The notes beneath the pieces are model-generated. The model saw only the letters and a list, made by a program, of their open reading frames with translations, did not search any database and was not told the origin of the DNA. Shown piece after piece: positions 1 through 11,910 of a stretch of DNA of 64,000 nt. The stretch lies in the NCBI GenBank assembly GCA_964234715.1, contig OZ174275.1; one strand, written 5' to 3'. The translations under genes were made by a program, and so were the position numbers. Numbering within the stretch: position 1 is the first letter of the stretch; each line of letters starts with the position of its first letter. This DNA is from Podarcis melisellensis (lineage: Eukaryota).

Positions 1-14
1 CATAAGGAGCAAAG

Positions 15-165
15 GAATATCATTGCATTGTACAGCTGGAAGGGACCTCAAGGTTAATCTAGTCCAACCTCCTGCAATGCAGGAATCTTTTGCCTAATGT
101 GGGTGCTCGAACCCACAACCCTGCGATTTAGGGTCCCATACTCTACCGAGTGAGCTATCCCAGGC
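15..165 (-). mobile_element. tRNA-derived SINE with CR1-like 3' tail
   Basis: Reverse complement starts GGATAGCTCACTCGGTAGAG...GGTTCGAG (A/B boxes), followed by a ggttggactagat...ggtcccttcc CR1-type tail. Related degenerate copy at about 10650-10780 (+). Confidence 0.65.
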
Positions 166-480
166 AGAGAGGTATCAAAGAGAAAACCAGGACTTCCTCT
201 CTGATCAGCACAATGAATGATGTTTTCAAAGGATAAGAAGTGTGAAGCAGGAGAGGACAACTTGGGGGGGAAAGATGGGAAATTCAGTCAAGCAGAGCTT
301 GCGTTGAAGATGAGACATCCAGCAGAGGAATAATAAATGCTGGATAGGAGTTGCTTAAAGGTTAAGTGTTTTTAAATGCTTGATTTTATTATTTAATAAT
401 TTTAAGGGTGTGTGTGTGTGTACACATGCATAGATTTATATGATTTTGCTGGAAACTGCTGAAATGGGAATTTGAGGAAA

Positions 481-660
481 AGGCTGTAGCTCAGTGGTTG
501 GAGCATCCACTCTCCATACAGAAGGTCATGGGTTCTAATCCCAGCATCTCCAGGGCAAGGAGAAACCTCTGTCTGAAATCCTGGAGAGCGGCTGCCAGTG
601 CAGAGAGGATTCAGTTAGAAGGACCAATGGTCAGACTCAGTATAAAGCAACTCTCTATAA
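481..660 (+). mobile_element. tRNA(Ala-like)-derived SINE with CR1-like tail
   Basis: ggctgtagctcagtgg...ggttctaatccc head and ggaccaatggtcagactcagtataa tail; paralogs at 22059-22230 and 29368-29595. Confidence 0.65.
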
Positions 661-1189
661 TGCCATCCTGCTCCCATTTCTCAGGAGCTTAGTTCACAAG
701 CTAAAAACATTCGCTGTGAGCATATCCTCCTTGTAACATCCTATATCTCTTCTTTTCTTAATTGCAGCTCCTGTGGTTCATTATATATCTATCTATCTCT
801 ATATATTAAAATATGGCTCTTGCACAAAATATCCTCACAAGATCCACTGAGCGAGAGTCAGTTTTGCTGAAACATCAGTAATAATGTCCCGGGGAGGAAC
901 AGAGCCACTGATCTTTGTAAACAACTCATTGCATTCCAGGAGAGAAGGGAGGAAATGGAGCAAGTTCAGAATGTTATTTGAGTCCTTAAGTTGACAAAAG
1001 CTTACACAGTGAAACCCCAACGGACCATAGCTCTGCCTCTGGAGCAGAATCGTTTTGTACACATGATGTTAAAAGGGGTTTCATGGCGGAAGAAAGGCAG
1101 GGCAGAAATGTCAGAAAGCAAACAAGTTTTTTTAAAGTCCCCCCCCCCCAAGTATGCAGCTAGAAAGCATACAGAGTTTGCATATTCAA

Positions 1190-1310
1190 TGGGACAACAA
1201 CCCTGTGAGGTAGGTTTGGCTGTGAGGCACCAACTGGCCCAAGGACACCCATTGAGCTTTATGTCGAGCGGGGAGGATTCGAACCCTAACCCCCACGCTC
1301 TAACTACTGT
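1190..1310 (-). mobile_element. MIR/Ther1/Squam3-like SINE fragment
   Basis: acaacaaccctgtgaggtagg...ggcccaagg.caccca...gattcgaaccc...ctctaactact core. Confidence 0.6.
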
Positions 1311-1619
1311 CTCTCATCAGATTTCCCTCATTGGATGGTGAATGTAAATCTAGAAAAGCAGTCCAGACATTCAAAGTCAGATGTAAATGCCAGACCCTCC
1401 ATGTGTCTCTATTTTCCAGAGACAGTCCCAGATTTACAAAAACTGTCCTGGTTTCTGATTTGATCCTGGAATGTCCCTGGAATGTCCTCATGGGAGAAAT
1501 GTTGGAGGGTATGGAGTTATGTGATCCCTTCCCAGCCAAGGAGATAAGGTACCGAAGGCTGCCCTGTATAGGGAAGTTTTTTTAAAAAAAGTTTAGTGTT
1601 ATATGTATGTATGTATGTA

Positions 1620-1775
1620 CAGTGGTGTAGCGTGGGGGTGCAGGGGGGCTGGCTGCACCGGGCGCAACATCTGGGGGGGGGGGGTGCGCTCGCACTCGAG
1701 TGCTTAAATCCACGGGTTAGGGGGCACAAATTACTTGCCTTGCCCTGGGTGCTGACAACCCATGCTACGCCACTG
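1620..1775. mobile_element. hAT-type MITE inserted in a (TATG)n tract within an L2 3' end
   Basis: TIRs CAGTGGTGTAGC / GCTACGCCACTG; 8-bp flanks TGTATGTA / TGTACGTA. The L2-like tail continues on both sides (1530-1600, 1795-1870). Confidence 0.8.
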
Positions 1776-2149
1776 TGTACGTATGTATGTATGTATGAAA
1801 TCTCCCAGAGTGGCCGGGGCAAACCAGTCAGATGGACGGTGTATAAATAGTGAAATTATTATTATGATGAAATAGGGTGTCCCTATTTTCATCGGAGAAA
1901 TGTTGGAGGACCTGAAACACACACACACACCTACAGGAAGAGGGAGCGATGGAGAGAGAGATTTTGAGATTGCAGGAGGACAGAAGATCTTCTATCCGGG
2001 AAGCTCTCCTAAAGGAAACGACAGGGAGAGACAGAGAGTTGGCCACAGCCAAGGGGGATCGACACAATAGCACATAAAAGAACTTTTTCCGCCTTGCTTC
2101 AAGACAAAGCGATGATAATAAGCGGGGAATTTGCATCGAGCAACAGGTG

Positions 2150-2990
2150 GCAAAAGAAAGTCGGCTAGTTTGAAGCGCGGGCTGCGATGAGCGGCTCTGC
2201 CTGTAGGGCGAGGGGGAAAGGCGGGCAGAGGCGCTGCAACGCCAGAACAAAGGGCGGCGGCGGCGGCGGCGGCGGCACACAGCGATGCCAACAAAACACG
2301 CAGCTCCAGCCCAAACAAAAAGATACATATATATATTTGTCCCACCCGCCAGAGAGGAAGAATGGCTCCTCCTGAGCTCCCGATTTTACCTGCACCGCGA
2401 TGGCTGTCATGCTGCCTTGCGCCCCTTCCCGCGGAGCGAGGCGGCGAAGTCCGGGGAGCAACTTTGAGGTCGGCGGCTGCGCGGCGGAGGAGAGCGCGAG
2501 AAATGTCTCCCGGGCGCCCGCTTCACGCGCCCGCTCCCGGCCAGGGGCCCATGGCGGCGGAGTGGGGCGCGTCAAAGGCCGCTCTCGCCCGCGCGTCCTG
2601 CCGAGAGCGGCGGGAGGCAGGCAGGCAGGCAGGCGAACTGCCCTTTGAGTTTTCCCTGTGGCTGAGTCAGCAGCCGAGCCGAGGAGGGAAGGAGGAGGAG
2701 GAGGAGGAGGCCGCCGAAAGCGGCTGGAGCCGGCGAGCGGCTGGAGGAGGAGCAGGGGGAGGAGGGCCGAGAGAGGCGGAGGGCGCTCCGGGCAAGCCCG
2801 GCGCCAGGGAAGGGCCGCCGGGGGCACAACCGCCGCCCTCGCCGGGGCCGCGGCAGAAGTCCCCTCCTGGGTCGCCGCGGGTGGCAGGGATCCACGCAGA
2901 TCTCCACGGATCGCCTTTTCCGGGGGGATCCGCTGTTTTCTGCGCGCTTACATGCGCAGGTGACCTGGAGTGCTCCAAGCCGCCTCTTTC
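2150..2990. promoter_or_regulatory. CpG island / TMEM37 promoter and 5' UTR
   Basis: Very high GC and CpG density, (GGC)n at 2253-2275, GC boxes; surrounds the TMEM37 start codon. Confidence 0.85.
2390..2410 (-). CDS. TMEM37: TMEM37 (voltage-dependent calcium channel gamma-like subunit) first coding exon, MTAIAVQ; remainder of gene left of the window
   Basis: Minus strand reads ggcagc ATG ACA GCC ATC GCG GTG CAG|gtaaaa: Kozak-like context, phase-0 GT donor, peptide matches the mammalian TMEM37 N-terminus MTAVGVQ. It sits in a CpG island and is syntenic with DBI. Confidence 0.85.
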
Positions 2991-3114
2991 AGGGCGACTT
3001 CAGTTGTGCTGCCTTTCTTTGTGAAATAGGCATTTTATTGTGTTTTTTTTTCACAGCAGGGCAATAACCGCAAACAAAACAAGACTTGGAATACAGTTTG
3101 TCAATTTGTCAGTA

Positions 3115-3470
3115 ACAACTTATTTGCCCCTGACGGGATTCAAGGTGGTTTACAAAGGGGGGGGGGCACTAAAAACGTAGAAAAACCAAGCGTTTTTGTA
3201 ACACGTGTTTTAAAAATACCAACAATTGTGATAAAAAGCAGCAGGGCACCAGCCCTTTCATTAAAAGCAGTCACTTGGCAAAAGCCTGTTGGAACAAGGA
3301 ATGGAAGGACAACAAAGAGGCTGCAGGCTAGCTTCGGCAGGGAGGGAGTTCCAGAGTTGCTACCACCAAGAAGGCCTTTTCCCACATTCTCTCAGGTGGA
3401 GATTGGGAGAAGGGCCTCCCCCAAAGGTCTCAAAACCCAAGCAGGTTTGTATGAGGGAATCTAGGCGTTG
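3115..3470 (-). mobile_element. L2-like LINE 3' remnant
   Basis: gggagggagttccagag...ccaccaagaaggcc motif and tail-like AT-rich end typical of squamate L2 in reverse. Confidence 0.5.
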
Positions 3471-3819
3471 TGATCAAATTGTGACCAGAGGAGGAATGAC
3501 CATGGGGAGAAGCGCAGAGAAATGAAGCACCATGGTGCATCTGCAGAAGCAAAACCAGACACTTTCATCTGCCTCAGCAGCAACAAAACATGTCTCTTCC
3601 ATACAGGTATTAGTCTCTACAGCCTGCACTGCAACCTTGCAACAGTTTGACTTCACCCCCAAGGCACGCTTCTCCACTGTCTCCTGAGACAGAGAGAGGC
3701 AGACAACAGCAACAGGTTGCATTTTTGCATTTCATTATCCTCTAAGGTCACCTTTTGAAAGTCTACCAGTCAATTTGGGATAACATGTCACAAAAAAGCT
3801 TCTGAAATAATCCTAAGGA

Positions 3820-3995
3820 CATAAGAAAAGCCCTGATGGATCAGGCCAGAGGCCCATCTAATCCAGCATCCTGTTCTCACAGTGGTTAACCAGATGCCCA
3901 TAGGAAGCCTGCAAGTAGGACATGAGCCCAATAACATTCCCTTGTCCTGTGGTTTCCAGCAACTGGTATTCAGAAGTATTTTGCCACTGAGAGAA
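3820..3995 (-). mobile_element. CR1 LINE 3' end fragment
   Basis: cataagaa...ggatcaggcc...cccatcta.tccagcatcctgttctcacagtgg; same motif as the CR1 end at 47586. Confidence 0.7.
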
Positions 3996-5740
3996 GCATA
4001 TTGCCTCCATTTTGTTTGTTTTAGAGGTGTCACTAGACACTCCCCCCCCCACGCACTCTCTCTGGGAGTTCTTACTCACAGTAGGGATCTCCCAGCAATG
4101 ATTGCACAACATTTAACATAAGGAAAACACAAGAAGATAAATGCCAGTTGGGCAGCTCTGAGCAGCCTGTGAAAACTGGATCCAGTGCCAGCTTCTTGCC
4201 TGGGGTAGACTGCACATGCTTGCAGTTAAACTGGCATTGGCATGCTAGGATGATTGAAGGCTGATGCTCTAACATATTTGTACCCTCAAGTCCTTATTAT
4301 GTTCACCGCCTGCAGCTATCAAGGCATTGCTGAGCAAAATAAGGGAGGCAGGGTGGACAGGGGATCCTTCTTACTTTCTTGCTGCTCACCCTTGCAGTAA
4401 ATTGATTGTTGGAGCAGGATGGGTGGGCTTATCGATTTGTCTGCTGTCATATCCATGTAAAGTATATATCCTCAGTTTCTTCCTTGTTGTGAAATCTATA
4501 GCTCTTAACATTTAAAAAGCCATCTTCTTGTGTTTGATAATTGCCCACGCAGTATTTTCACCAGCACTGTGAAATGTTATTTCTTGCAAGCTGTTATCCA
4601 CATGCTTTCCCTGATCATTCCATATTTCTGCATTCAAAAGCCAATATTGTTTCGTACTTGGTGACTGTTTCATTGCCTAAATCAGGTTATGTGGAAGAAA
4701 AAACAAAATGGAAAGAAATCTAAGCCACTTTATTGGGATTTCATGTACTTGTAGCGCTGGTCAGCTATTTTCTTGTTTCATGCTCCCTTTGGACTATGTC
4801 ACAAATTAGGAGTCAAGTCTCTTTTCTGAGAGCAGCAGCTAGTTTTCAGGATCAACTGAAACAGCAGTTAGTAGAGTGAAATAGAGCAGATATAGTCCTC
4901 TGCAGCACACCTTAGGGGATACAGCCTTGTATAAAGTCAGGGAACGGGCTAAAGGTCTCCAATTTTACATGCCTGAGATCTGATAGTGTTATAGTTACTC
5001 CACATAAAAGTAAGGAAGCTCCTAGCCAGAATAATAAAACAGCGAACTTTTGCACTCTCTCATTATGTTTGATAAAGTCGTTACTGCTTTGAAAAGATTG
5101 CAGCATGTGAATCACAAGGAAAAACATCCAACTTTATCAGAGTCTGCTGTCAAAGTCCAAGCTTTGTCTTGAAAACATAGCAATTTAGCGTTTTAAGAGT
5201 GTGATTAGGGCAGTTCGCAACCCCACCAAGGAAATACTCCAAACCAAGTGGAAGGCTCACAGTTCAGGGTGAGACCATGTTTCAATCTTTGGCATCTCTA
5301 GTTAAAAGAATCTCAGGTAGGTGTACTGGGAAAGGCTTTGTGGAGAGGCACTGTGCGCCCAAGTAGAAAATACAAGCCTAGATAGTCCAGTGGTCTGACT
5401 CTGCATAATGAGAGATGTAAGACAACACTTTAAAACAGCTGCCTCATCTTGATTAAGCATACCTTAGCACAGTCAAAGTGTTCAGCATGATTTATGGTCA
5501 CCTCAATCATTTTTACAACAGTCTTGTAAGGTAGGCCCGTATTATAAAGTTCTATTTTAATGCTGGGGCAGAGAGAAAAGAAAGTGGTGCTTGAAAAGAG
5601 TGCCTCCAAAATACATTTGGGGCTGAGATGATATTTGCGGTCTTTAGGTGTGAAATATGGGACCAGATGATGTTGGACTACAACTCCCATAATCCCAAAT
5701 CATTGTTCCCCATCCTTTCTTTCAGATGCTGTAGAAAATA

Positions 5741-5990
5741 CAGTGGTACCTCGGTTGTCAAACGTAATCTATTCCAGAAGACCCTTTCACTTCCCAAACA
5801 TTCGAAAACCGAGGCTCAAAGGGCGGCCTGCAAATTCAATAGAGGAAATTGAAAAGAAAGAAAGAAAAAAACCCTGAGGAAGCCATTCGACTTCCAAGGT
5901 GCGTTTGAAAATTGAAGCATTTACTTCCAGGCTTTCGGCGTTCGAAAACTGAAATGTTCGACTTCCGAGACGTTTGAGGTACCACCACTG
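5741..5990. mobile_element. Tc1/mariner-pogo-type MITE
   Basis: TIRs CAGTGGTACCTC / GAGGTACCACCACTG with TA flanks. Confidence 0.85.
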
Positions 5991-6747
5991 TACAAATATT
6001 TGAATGCGCCCTTTCATAGCACACACAAATGAGATAAATACAAGGTTACAGGCTCATGTTATATCAGTGGTATATCAGTGTAGAATAGAGGCATGATAGA
6101 AAAGCTTGCTCAACTACAAGGACTGAGACCGAAAGAAGGGCTCATCATGTTGACTCACTTCAACACTGCAAGACAGTTTGGCCTTTTTCGATGCAGACCT
6201 TGTAATGAAAAACAGGATGTCCAGTGGAAAGGGTTCTGTGCAAAACAAAGCTAGTCAGCCAATGTATTGCGAAACAATATGATAATCTGAAGTTCAAAAG
6301 ATACAGGGGGTTGAAGGAGAAAGAGAAGAGAAGAGAAGAGAAGAGAAGAGTGTTTAACAGTTTTAGCTACATTCCAGGGCAAATTTGCTTTAAAGGCATC
6401 AGTACAACTATGAGAGAGCTCTAGAATTGTGTGCTCTCAACTCTTATAGAGAAGTCATGCAGTGTGCAGCTCTGAAAGTCATTCGTTACACAGCAGTCAA
6501 TTTTTCCCCAACAGCGGAGACACTTGCAGATACAAGGTGTACAGGTGAACCCATGCGTATCTCTCCGTAGTTTTGAAAACGTTTGGGACCTTTGGGTGGA
6601 GTTTGTATGTGTCCATTTATGAATAAGTGCTTCTACCTTTAACCTTACGCCCAATAATGAAGTCCACAAAACAGAGGAATAAAGGTTGGTTTCTTACATG
6701 AAATAAAAAGGTAGAGAGCGCATACGGATGCTGCTTAAGGCAGCCTG

Positions 6748-6749
<2 letters not shown>

Positions 6750-6779
<30 letters not shown>

Positions 6780-6975
6780 ACCAACCAACCAACCAACCAA
6801 CCAGTGCTTTTTTCCTAAAAAAAAGGTTAGGGGTACTCTCATTTTCCTACTCATATTGAAATACTGCCACTCAGTGAGACCAAACTTAGATTCACAAAAT
6901 GTTTAGGGGTATGCGTACCCCTGCGGCCCCCAGTATAAAGCACTAATAATAATAAAATTAATAATAATAATAATA
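6750..6975. repeat. (ACAT)n(ACCA)n and (AAT)n microsatellites flanking a small MITE (6802-6945)
   Basis: Direct reading; TIR-like CAGTGCTTT / AAAGCACTA. Confidence 0.7.
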
Positions 6976-8303
6976 GGCAGCAAATCATATAGTACATACC
7001 TTGATCATAAAGGTGAAGTGATCCCCAGGATCCTTATCTGTCTAAAAGCCTGGAGTGGATATGATTTGCTGTAGTATCCACCCTAAAAAAAGGGGGGGTC
7101 ACACGTATTTGTCTTGAAGCAATCAGAACTAAAGATCTGTGCATTGTGTGCCAAGCTCCCTCTGTTGATATTCTATAGCAGCACAACTACAGTGTCTCTC
7201 ACCTGTTTCTTGATCTGTTAGTTTATCCTTGAGATTGTGGTGTGAAAAGTGGGTCCCTGATGTTGTGAACTTCCCAGAATCCCAACCAACTTAAATATGG
7301 GGTTTAAGTATAATTTTGGACCAACATAACTGGGGAGAGGCAGGATCTTCCTGACTGTTATACTTCATTTATTCATTGTACTATTGTTTATTCCTACAAG
7401 TTACTGTCTGTTTACCAAGTCTGAAGTTGGAAGGACATGACCCTAGTGAGACATGACTTGATTGTATTGTTTCCTGAATCATTACTTTACCTTTGGAGAA
7501 AGATGGCACTGCCTATGCTGAACCCAATTATTTCTTACAGGAAATGGCAATTAACGTTTTCTGGTAACACAGGATTGTGTGTGCTGACCATTACATTACG
7601 TATTAGGTCAGGATATTTACTTACATTTTCTAGGTCACATTTAAGTTAAGGAATAGTAACAGGGTCAGAATGGGGGCCTCTTTTCATATGAAGTAGTGCC
7701 AACTGCAGTGATACTGTGATCAACAGAAATAAACCGTAGAAAAAGTTCAGATTGGCATCCTTTGTTGCAATGCATCCATAAAAACAAGAGTCTGCCCAGT
7801 TATCAGATTTTCTTCTAGGCTGAGCAGGCAAAGTGGCAGCTTAATCAACCTTCAAGAGTTGTAGCAGGAGCTCTTCAAATCCACAAATAAGGCCATTTTC
7901 AAAACATATATAGCAATGATCTAAATAGTGCAAGGGTTTGTTTTTGAATGTCTGGCAAGAGGCTGTTGTTGTGTCATGGTATAGACCCCTATACACACTC
8001 AAGAGATAAGTTTTTATTTGTTTAGGAACAAATCCTTGAGTCACATCTAGCTAGTGACTCCCCTCTCAAGGCAACACTCAGCCTCAGAAAAGTAGGTGAT
8101 AAGGGAAAAGATCCTCTCCCCTTTCCTCCCAGCAGTCTTATTTTGCTGAAAATAGCCCACCTACCCACAACTACTATTTTCCATCCCATCTCCCAAAGGA
8201 AAAATATATGGGAGCTATGTATTTTCTTCCATGGGAGAAATCTTAAACTCCCAAGATGGAGAACAGCATTTTTTAGGAAGGAAAAAAAGACTCAACCCCT
8301 GTA

Positions 8304-8542
8304 TAGTCGTACCTTGGTTCTTGAACGCCTCAAGACTCGAATGTTTTGGCTCCTGAACGCCACAAACCCAGAAGTGAGTGAAGTTTTGTGAACTTGTTTT
8401 GGAAGTCTAATGTCCGACGCGGCTTCCAATTGAGTGCAGGAAGCTCCTGCAGCCAATTGGAAGCCGCGCCTTGGTTTTTGAACATTTTCAGAAGTCGAAC
8501 AGACTTCTGGAAGCATTCCGTTTGAGAACCAAGGTATGACTG
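8304..8542. mobile_element. Tc1/mariner-pogo-type MITE
   Basis: TIRs TAGTCGTACCTTGGTTCT / AGAACCAAGGTATGACTG with TA flanks. Confidence 0.85.
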
Positions 8543-9276
8543 TACTTGTCTTCTGACTCACATAACACACACATCCATGAGGAAAACAACACATAGCCAG
8601 ACTTCATTTGTGTATGTAGCTTAGCCTTCTCACAGGATTTGTTTTTTATAGCTTTTAACTGGAAAGGCTTGGTCCAAGTGGCACACTTCTGCTCATTTTA
8701 CCTGCAGAGCTCTAAGGAGCAGGGCCTGGGAACTTCTTTTGGTCCCAGGAACTATTCAAGGAGAGTCAGCATTCAGTGTTAACAGGCATCATGGAATTCC
8801 AAGTCTACTCTGATATGATCCAGCTTAGGCCTTCTTACCTGCTCCTGTACGAAGCCTGCCAGCCTTAGTTCTTCCCTCTTGATTCCACTAAGCTTCAGGT
8901 TCTTTTGGCTACCTCCAAACAGATAAAACAAATCTGAGCTGAACCAGCAAGGTTTTTGAGCAGCACACACTAGCTTTAGGAGTGAAAAGATTCTACTTAA
9001 TCCTTCCAATTGAATATTGTAACAGATACTGCTTGAATACCCTTTAAAAAACAGTAGTTGCAGTTAAGAACTTTAGTTGCCAAGAGTAGGCAAGGGCGTC
9101 CAAATCGCCTACATTAAGAGTTATTTGGCTCCATCTGGTGACCAGGATAGGCTTTGCAGCTCATCTTTGAGTTATGACCCAATTTGCTTCTCAAAATTGC
9201 AGCGGGGAACACCTCATCGTCCTAGAAGCATCACCTAGATTGTTGGCCATAGTAGGATTTAGGAATCTTCCCTATT

Positions 9277-10117
9277 GTGCCGGATTTACGTATAAGCTAA
9301 AGAAGCTATAGCTTAGGGCCCCCCAAAAAATTAAAGGAAAAAAACAACTGGATGTACATTTCCAAAATATAAGATAAAAAACAAATAAAATAAAACCTAC
9401 ATACAGCAACAGTGTTTTGTGTTGTGTAGGCTCCTATCTGTTATGTGCAAATGGCTTTAGATACATATTGGGCCCATAAATTACCATATAGCATACATTC
9501 AACACCAAAAACAGCGACAATTTGTTGTTGACAAAGGGCAGCTGGACATATAAAGGGCCCTATTACCTTCAGTAGCTTAGGGCAGGGGTCTGCAACCCGC
9601 GGCTCTGGAGCCGCAGGTGGCTCTTTTACGCCTTTGCCATGGCTCCGGGGCGGATACTAGCAAGGGGAGGAGGCGTATTGTGCGCCCCGACACTCCCCAC
9701 TGTGGCAGGCACTGTACTGGCTGTGACGTTGCATGGGGGCGGTGCGTGCGTCAGTCACGCACCCTCCCGACGTCACCTTCCCGCCCGCCCTCTACATTGT
9801 AAGGGGCATGTACACTGGTCACTGCATTGAAAGGGGGCATGTACACTGGTCACTGTTTTGAAGGGGCGTGAAGAACACACACACACACACACACACAAAA
9901 GGTAACTTGTTAATTTAACGTTTATTTCTATGAGGAGGAGTAATTCTGAGGGGTCAAACAAAGAAATAATAAAAAAGTGACAAAAAAGTTATTTTTATAA
10001 TTACGAGTTTTGCGGCTCCCAGGTTTTTTTTCCTTCGGAAACGGGTCCAAGTGGCTCTTTTTGTCTTAAAGGTTGCAGACCCCTGGCTTAGGGCCTCATC
10101 AAACCTAAATCTGGCCT
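9277..10117. mobile_element. Non-autonomous DNA transposon (outer element) interrupted by a nested hAT MITE
   Basis: Terminal inverted GCCGGATTTA / TAAATCTGGC; internal repeated gcttagggcc motif. Confidence 0.65.
9583..10085. mobile_element. hAT MITE (nested)
   Basis: Perfect 15-bp TIRs CAGGGGTCTGCAACC / GGTTGCAGACCCCTG and perfect 8-bp TSD GCTTAGGG (9575-9582, 10086-10093). Confidence 0.92.
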
Positions 10118-10899
10118 TCCCAATACAATACAGGCTGCCATGTCTCAGGGCCATGGCTCTGCTCTGCCAAAAACCACCTTCACACCATTTCACTGCTTGT
10201 CCTGAGGTCCCTTGTGCTGGCACTTGTTTGAATGAAACCTGTGGAAGATACTAAGCCTTTAAGGTGACACACAGTCTAAGACCGCCTGTGAATAGGCAGT
10301 TTTCAAAGACTATGCCTGCATCCAAGGGATTAAGCTGGCTTGCCCCATCCTGTACTGAAGGGTCATCTTTGCTATTTGAAGCTAGATCATAGGGCAACAT
10401 CCAATGTCAAGTGCTGCTCAGAGCAGACTCCCTTGAAGCCAATGCAATCTAACAAAATCAGCCCATTTATTTCAGTGGGTCTAACTCCAGGTATGGAGCA
10501 GCTTGATATCACTTCTAGTATTTTCCAAACAACTTGAGGGGAATATGCCTAATGCATCTCATAAGCAGGACGACTGCACAAGGGCTCTCACAATATGGGT
10601 TTTCCTTCTGCTTGTCTTGAAACCAGCTATGGAGGCGTGGAGGGAGCATAGATATAGCCGAGCTAGTTAGAGAGAGGTGCTAACAACACTACGGTTGCAG
10701 GTTTGACAGCTTCATATTTCTGCATTGTAGGGAATTGGACGACATGGTCATCAGCGTCCCTTACAATTCCGTGATTCTACAAAACTCCCAGAAGAGTGCA
10801 TAGGGGAAGCTGAAATGCTCGTGCAGGTGAGTCATGTGTTGTTGAATTCCCTCCAGTGCTTTATACTACATTATTTGTACAGCTGCTATTGAAGGTTTA

Positions 10900-11252
10900 G
10901 GGATGCGGTCTTGGGCTTGCTGATCAGAAGGTCGGTGGTTCGAATTCCTGTGACGGGGTGAGCTCCTGTTGCTCAGTCCCAGCTCCTGCCAACCTAGATG
11001 TTCGAAAGCACACCAAAAAGTGCAAGTAGATAAATAGGTACTACTATGGCGGGAAGGTAAACAGCGTTTCCATGCACTGCTCTGGTTTCGGTGTTCCGTT
11101 GCGCCAGAAGCGGCTTAGTCATGCTGGCCACATGACCCGGAAAAACTGTCTGCAGACAAATGCCTGCTCCCTCAGCCTGTAAAGCGAGATGAGTGCCGCA
11201 ACCCCCGAGTCGTCTGCGACTGGACTTAACTGTCAGCGGTCCTTTACCTTTT
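10900..11252 (+). mobile_element. Sauria SINE
   Basis: cttgctgatcagaaggtcggtggttcgaat...gcaagtagataaataggtac...ttagtcatgctggccacatgacccgg...cctttacctt tail; TSD TATTGAAGGT (10887-10896, 11253-11262). Confidence 0.9.
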
Positions 11253-11764
11253 TATTGAAGGTGTGCCTTACACTGGCTGCATTGTTCAATTATAGTAAGT
11301 GCGGCATCATTCTGCTTGGCACCTACAAGTTTTAGAAGCTGCACAGAAAACAATATTTGCAATGCACTTCCAATCTTACATCAAGAACAAGGATCCTTAG
11401 CCTTCGTGAATTGAACTCGCCACTTTTCTGACCAGTGGAGTGTCACACTGTTTGTTCACACATGAGATGGGCAAGAGACTTGGAACTGTGAAGCAGTGTC
11501 TGCCCCAGCACTGGAAGCAGCTGAGCAGCTCTTAATGACTGGCCAAGGGACAAAGAGAGGAAGTGCCACGGGACTCCAGCTAAAAGCAGTCTGTGGCTGG
11601 CTTCAGATATTTCAACAGTATCCTGCCATCCTTGCTGGAGAGCCAGACAGAGGCCAGCCTCTATACTAGTGGTCCTCTATACAACCTGAGCAGGTATCAT
11701 GCACAGTAATGGACTCCTCCTGATACGAGATCCACGAGACTACCAACAAGTGAATTTGATAGTG

Positions 11765-11770
11765 TTTATT
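11765..11770 (-). terminator. DBI polyadenylation signal AATAAA
   Basis: tttatt on + strand about 140 nt past the DBI stop codon. Confidence 0.7.
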
Positions 11771-11910
11771 ATACAAACCATTAGAAGTAAATTTGCACAG
11801 CTATTAATTCTAGAAACTGGCATCAAGTCTTGGCACTGCCACACTGTGTAAAACAGTTTAAGTTAGTAGAGTAAGGCATGATTCCATTTTAAGGCATGCA
11901 GGAAAGGGGT

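Noticed and set aside
481-550. tRNA-like sequences (also at 95-165, 29368, 35690-35750)
   Set aside because: They are SINE heads with attached bodies and tails, and cannot form a complete cloverleaf.
2165-3024. Overlapping 220-aa ORFs on both strands
   Set aside because: Low-complexity Pro/Arg/Gly/Ala products expected from a stop-poor CpG island; only the 21-nt TMEM37 exon is supported.
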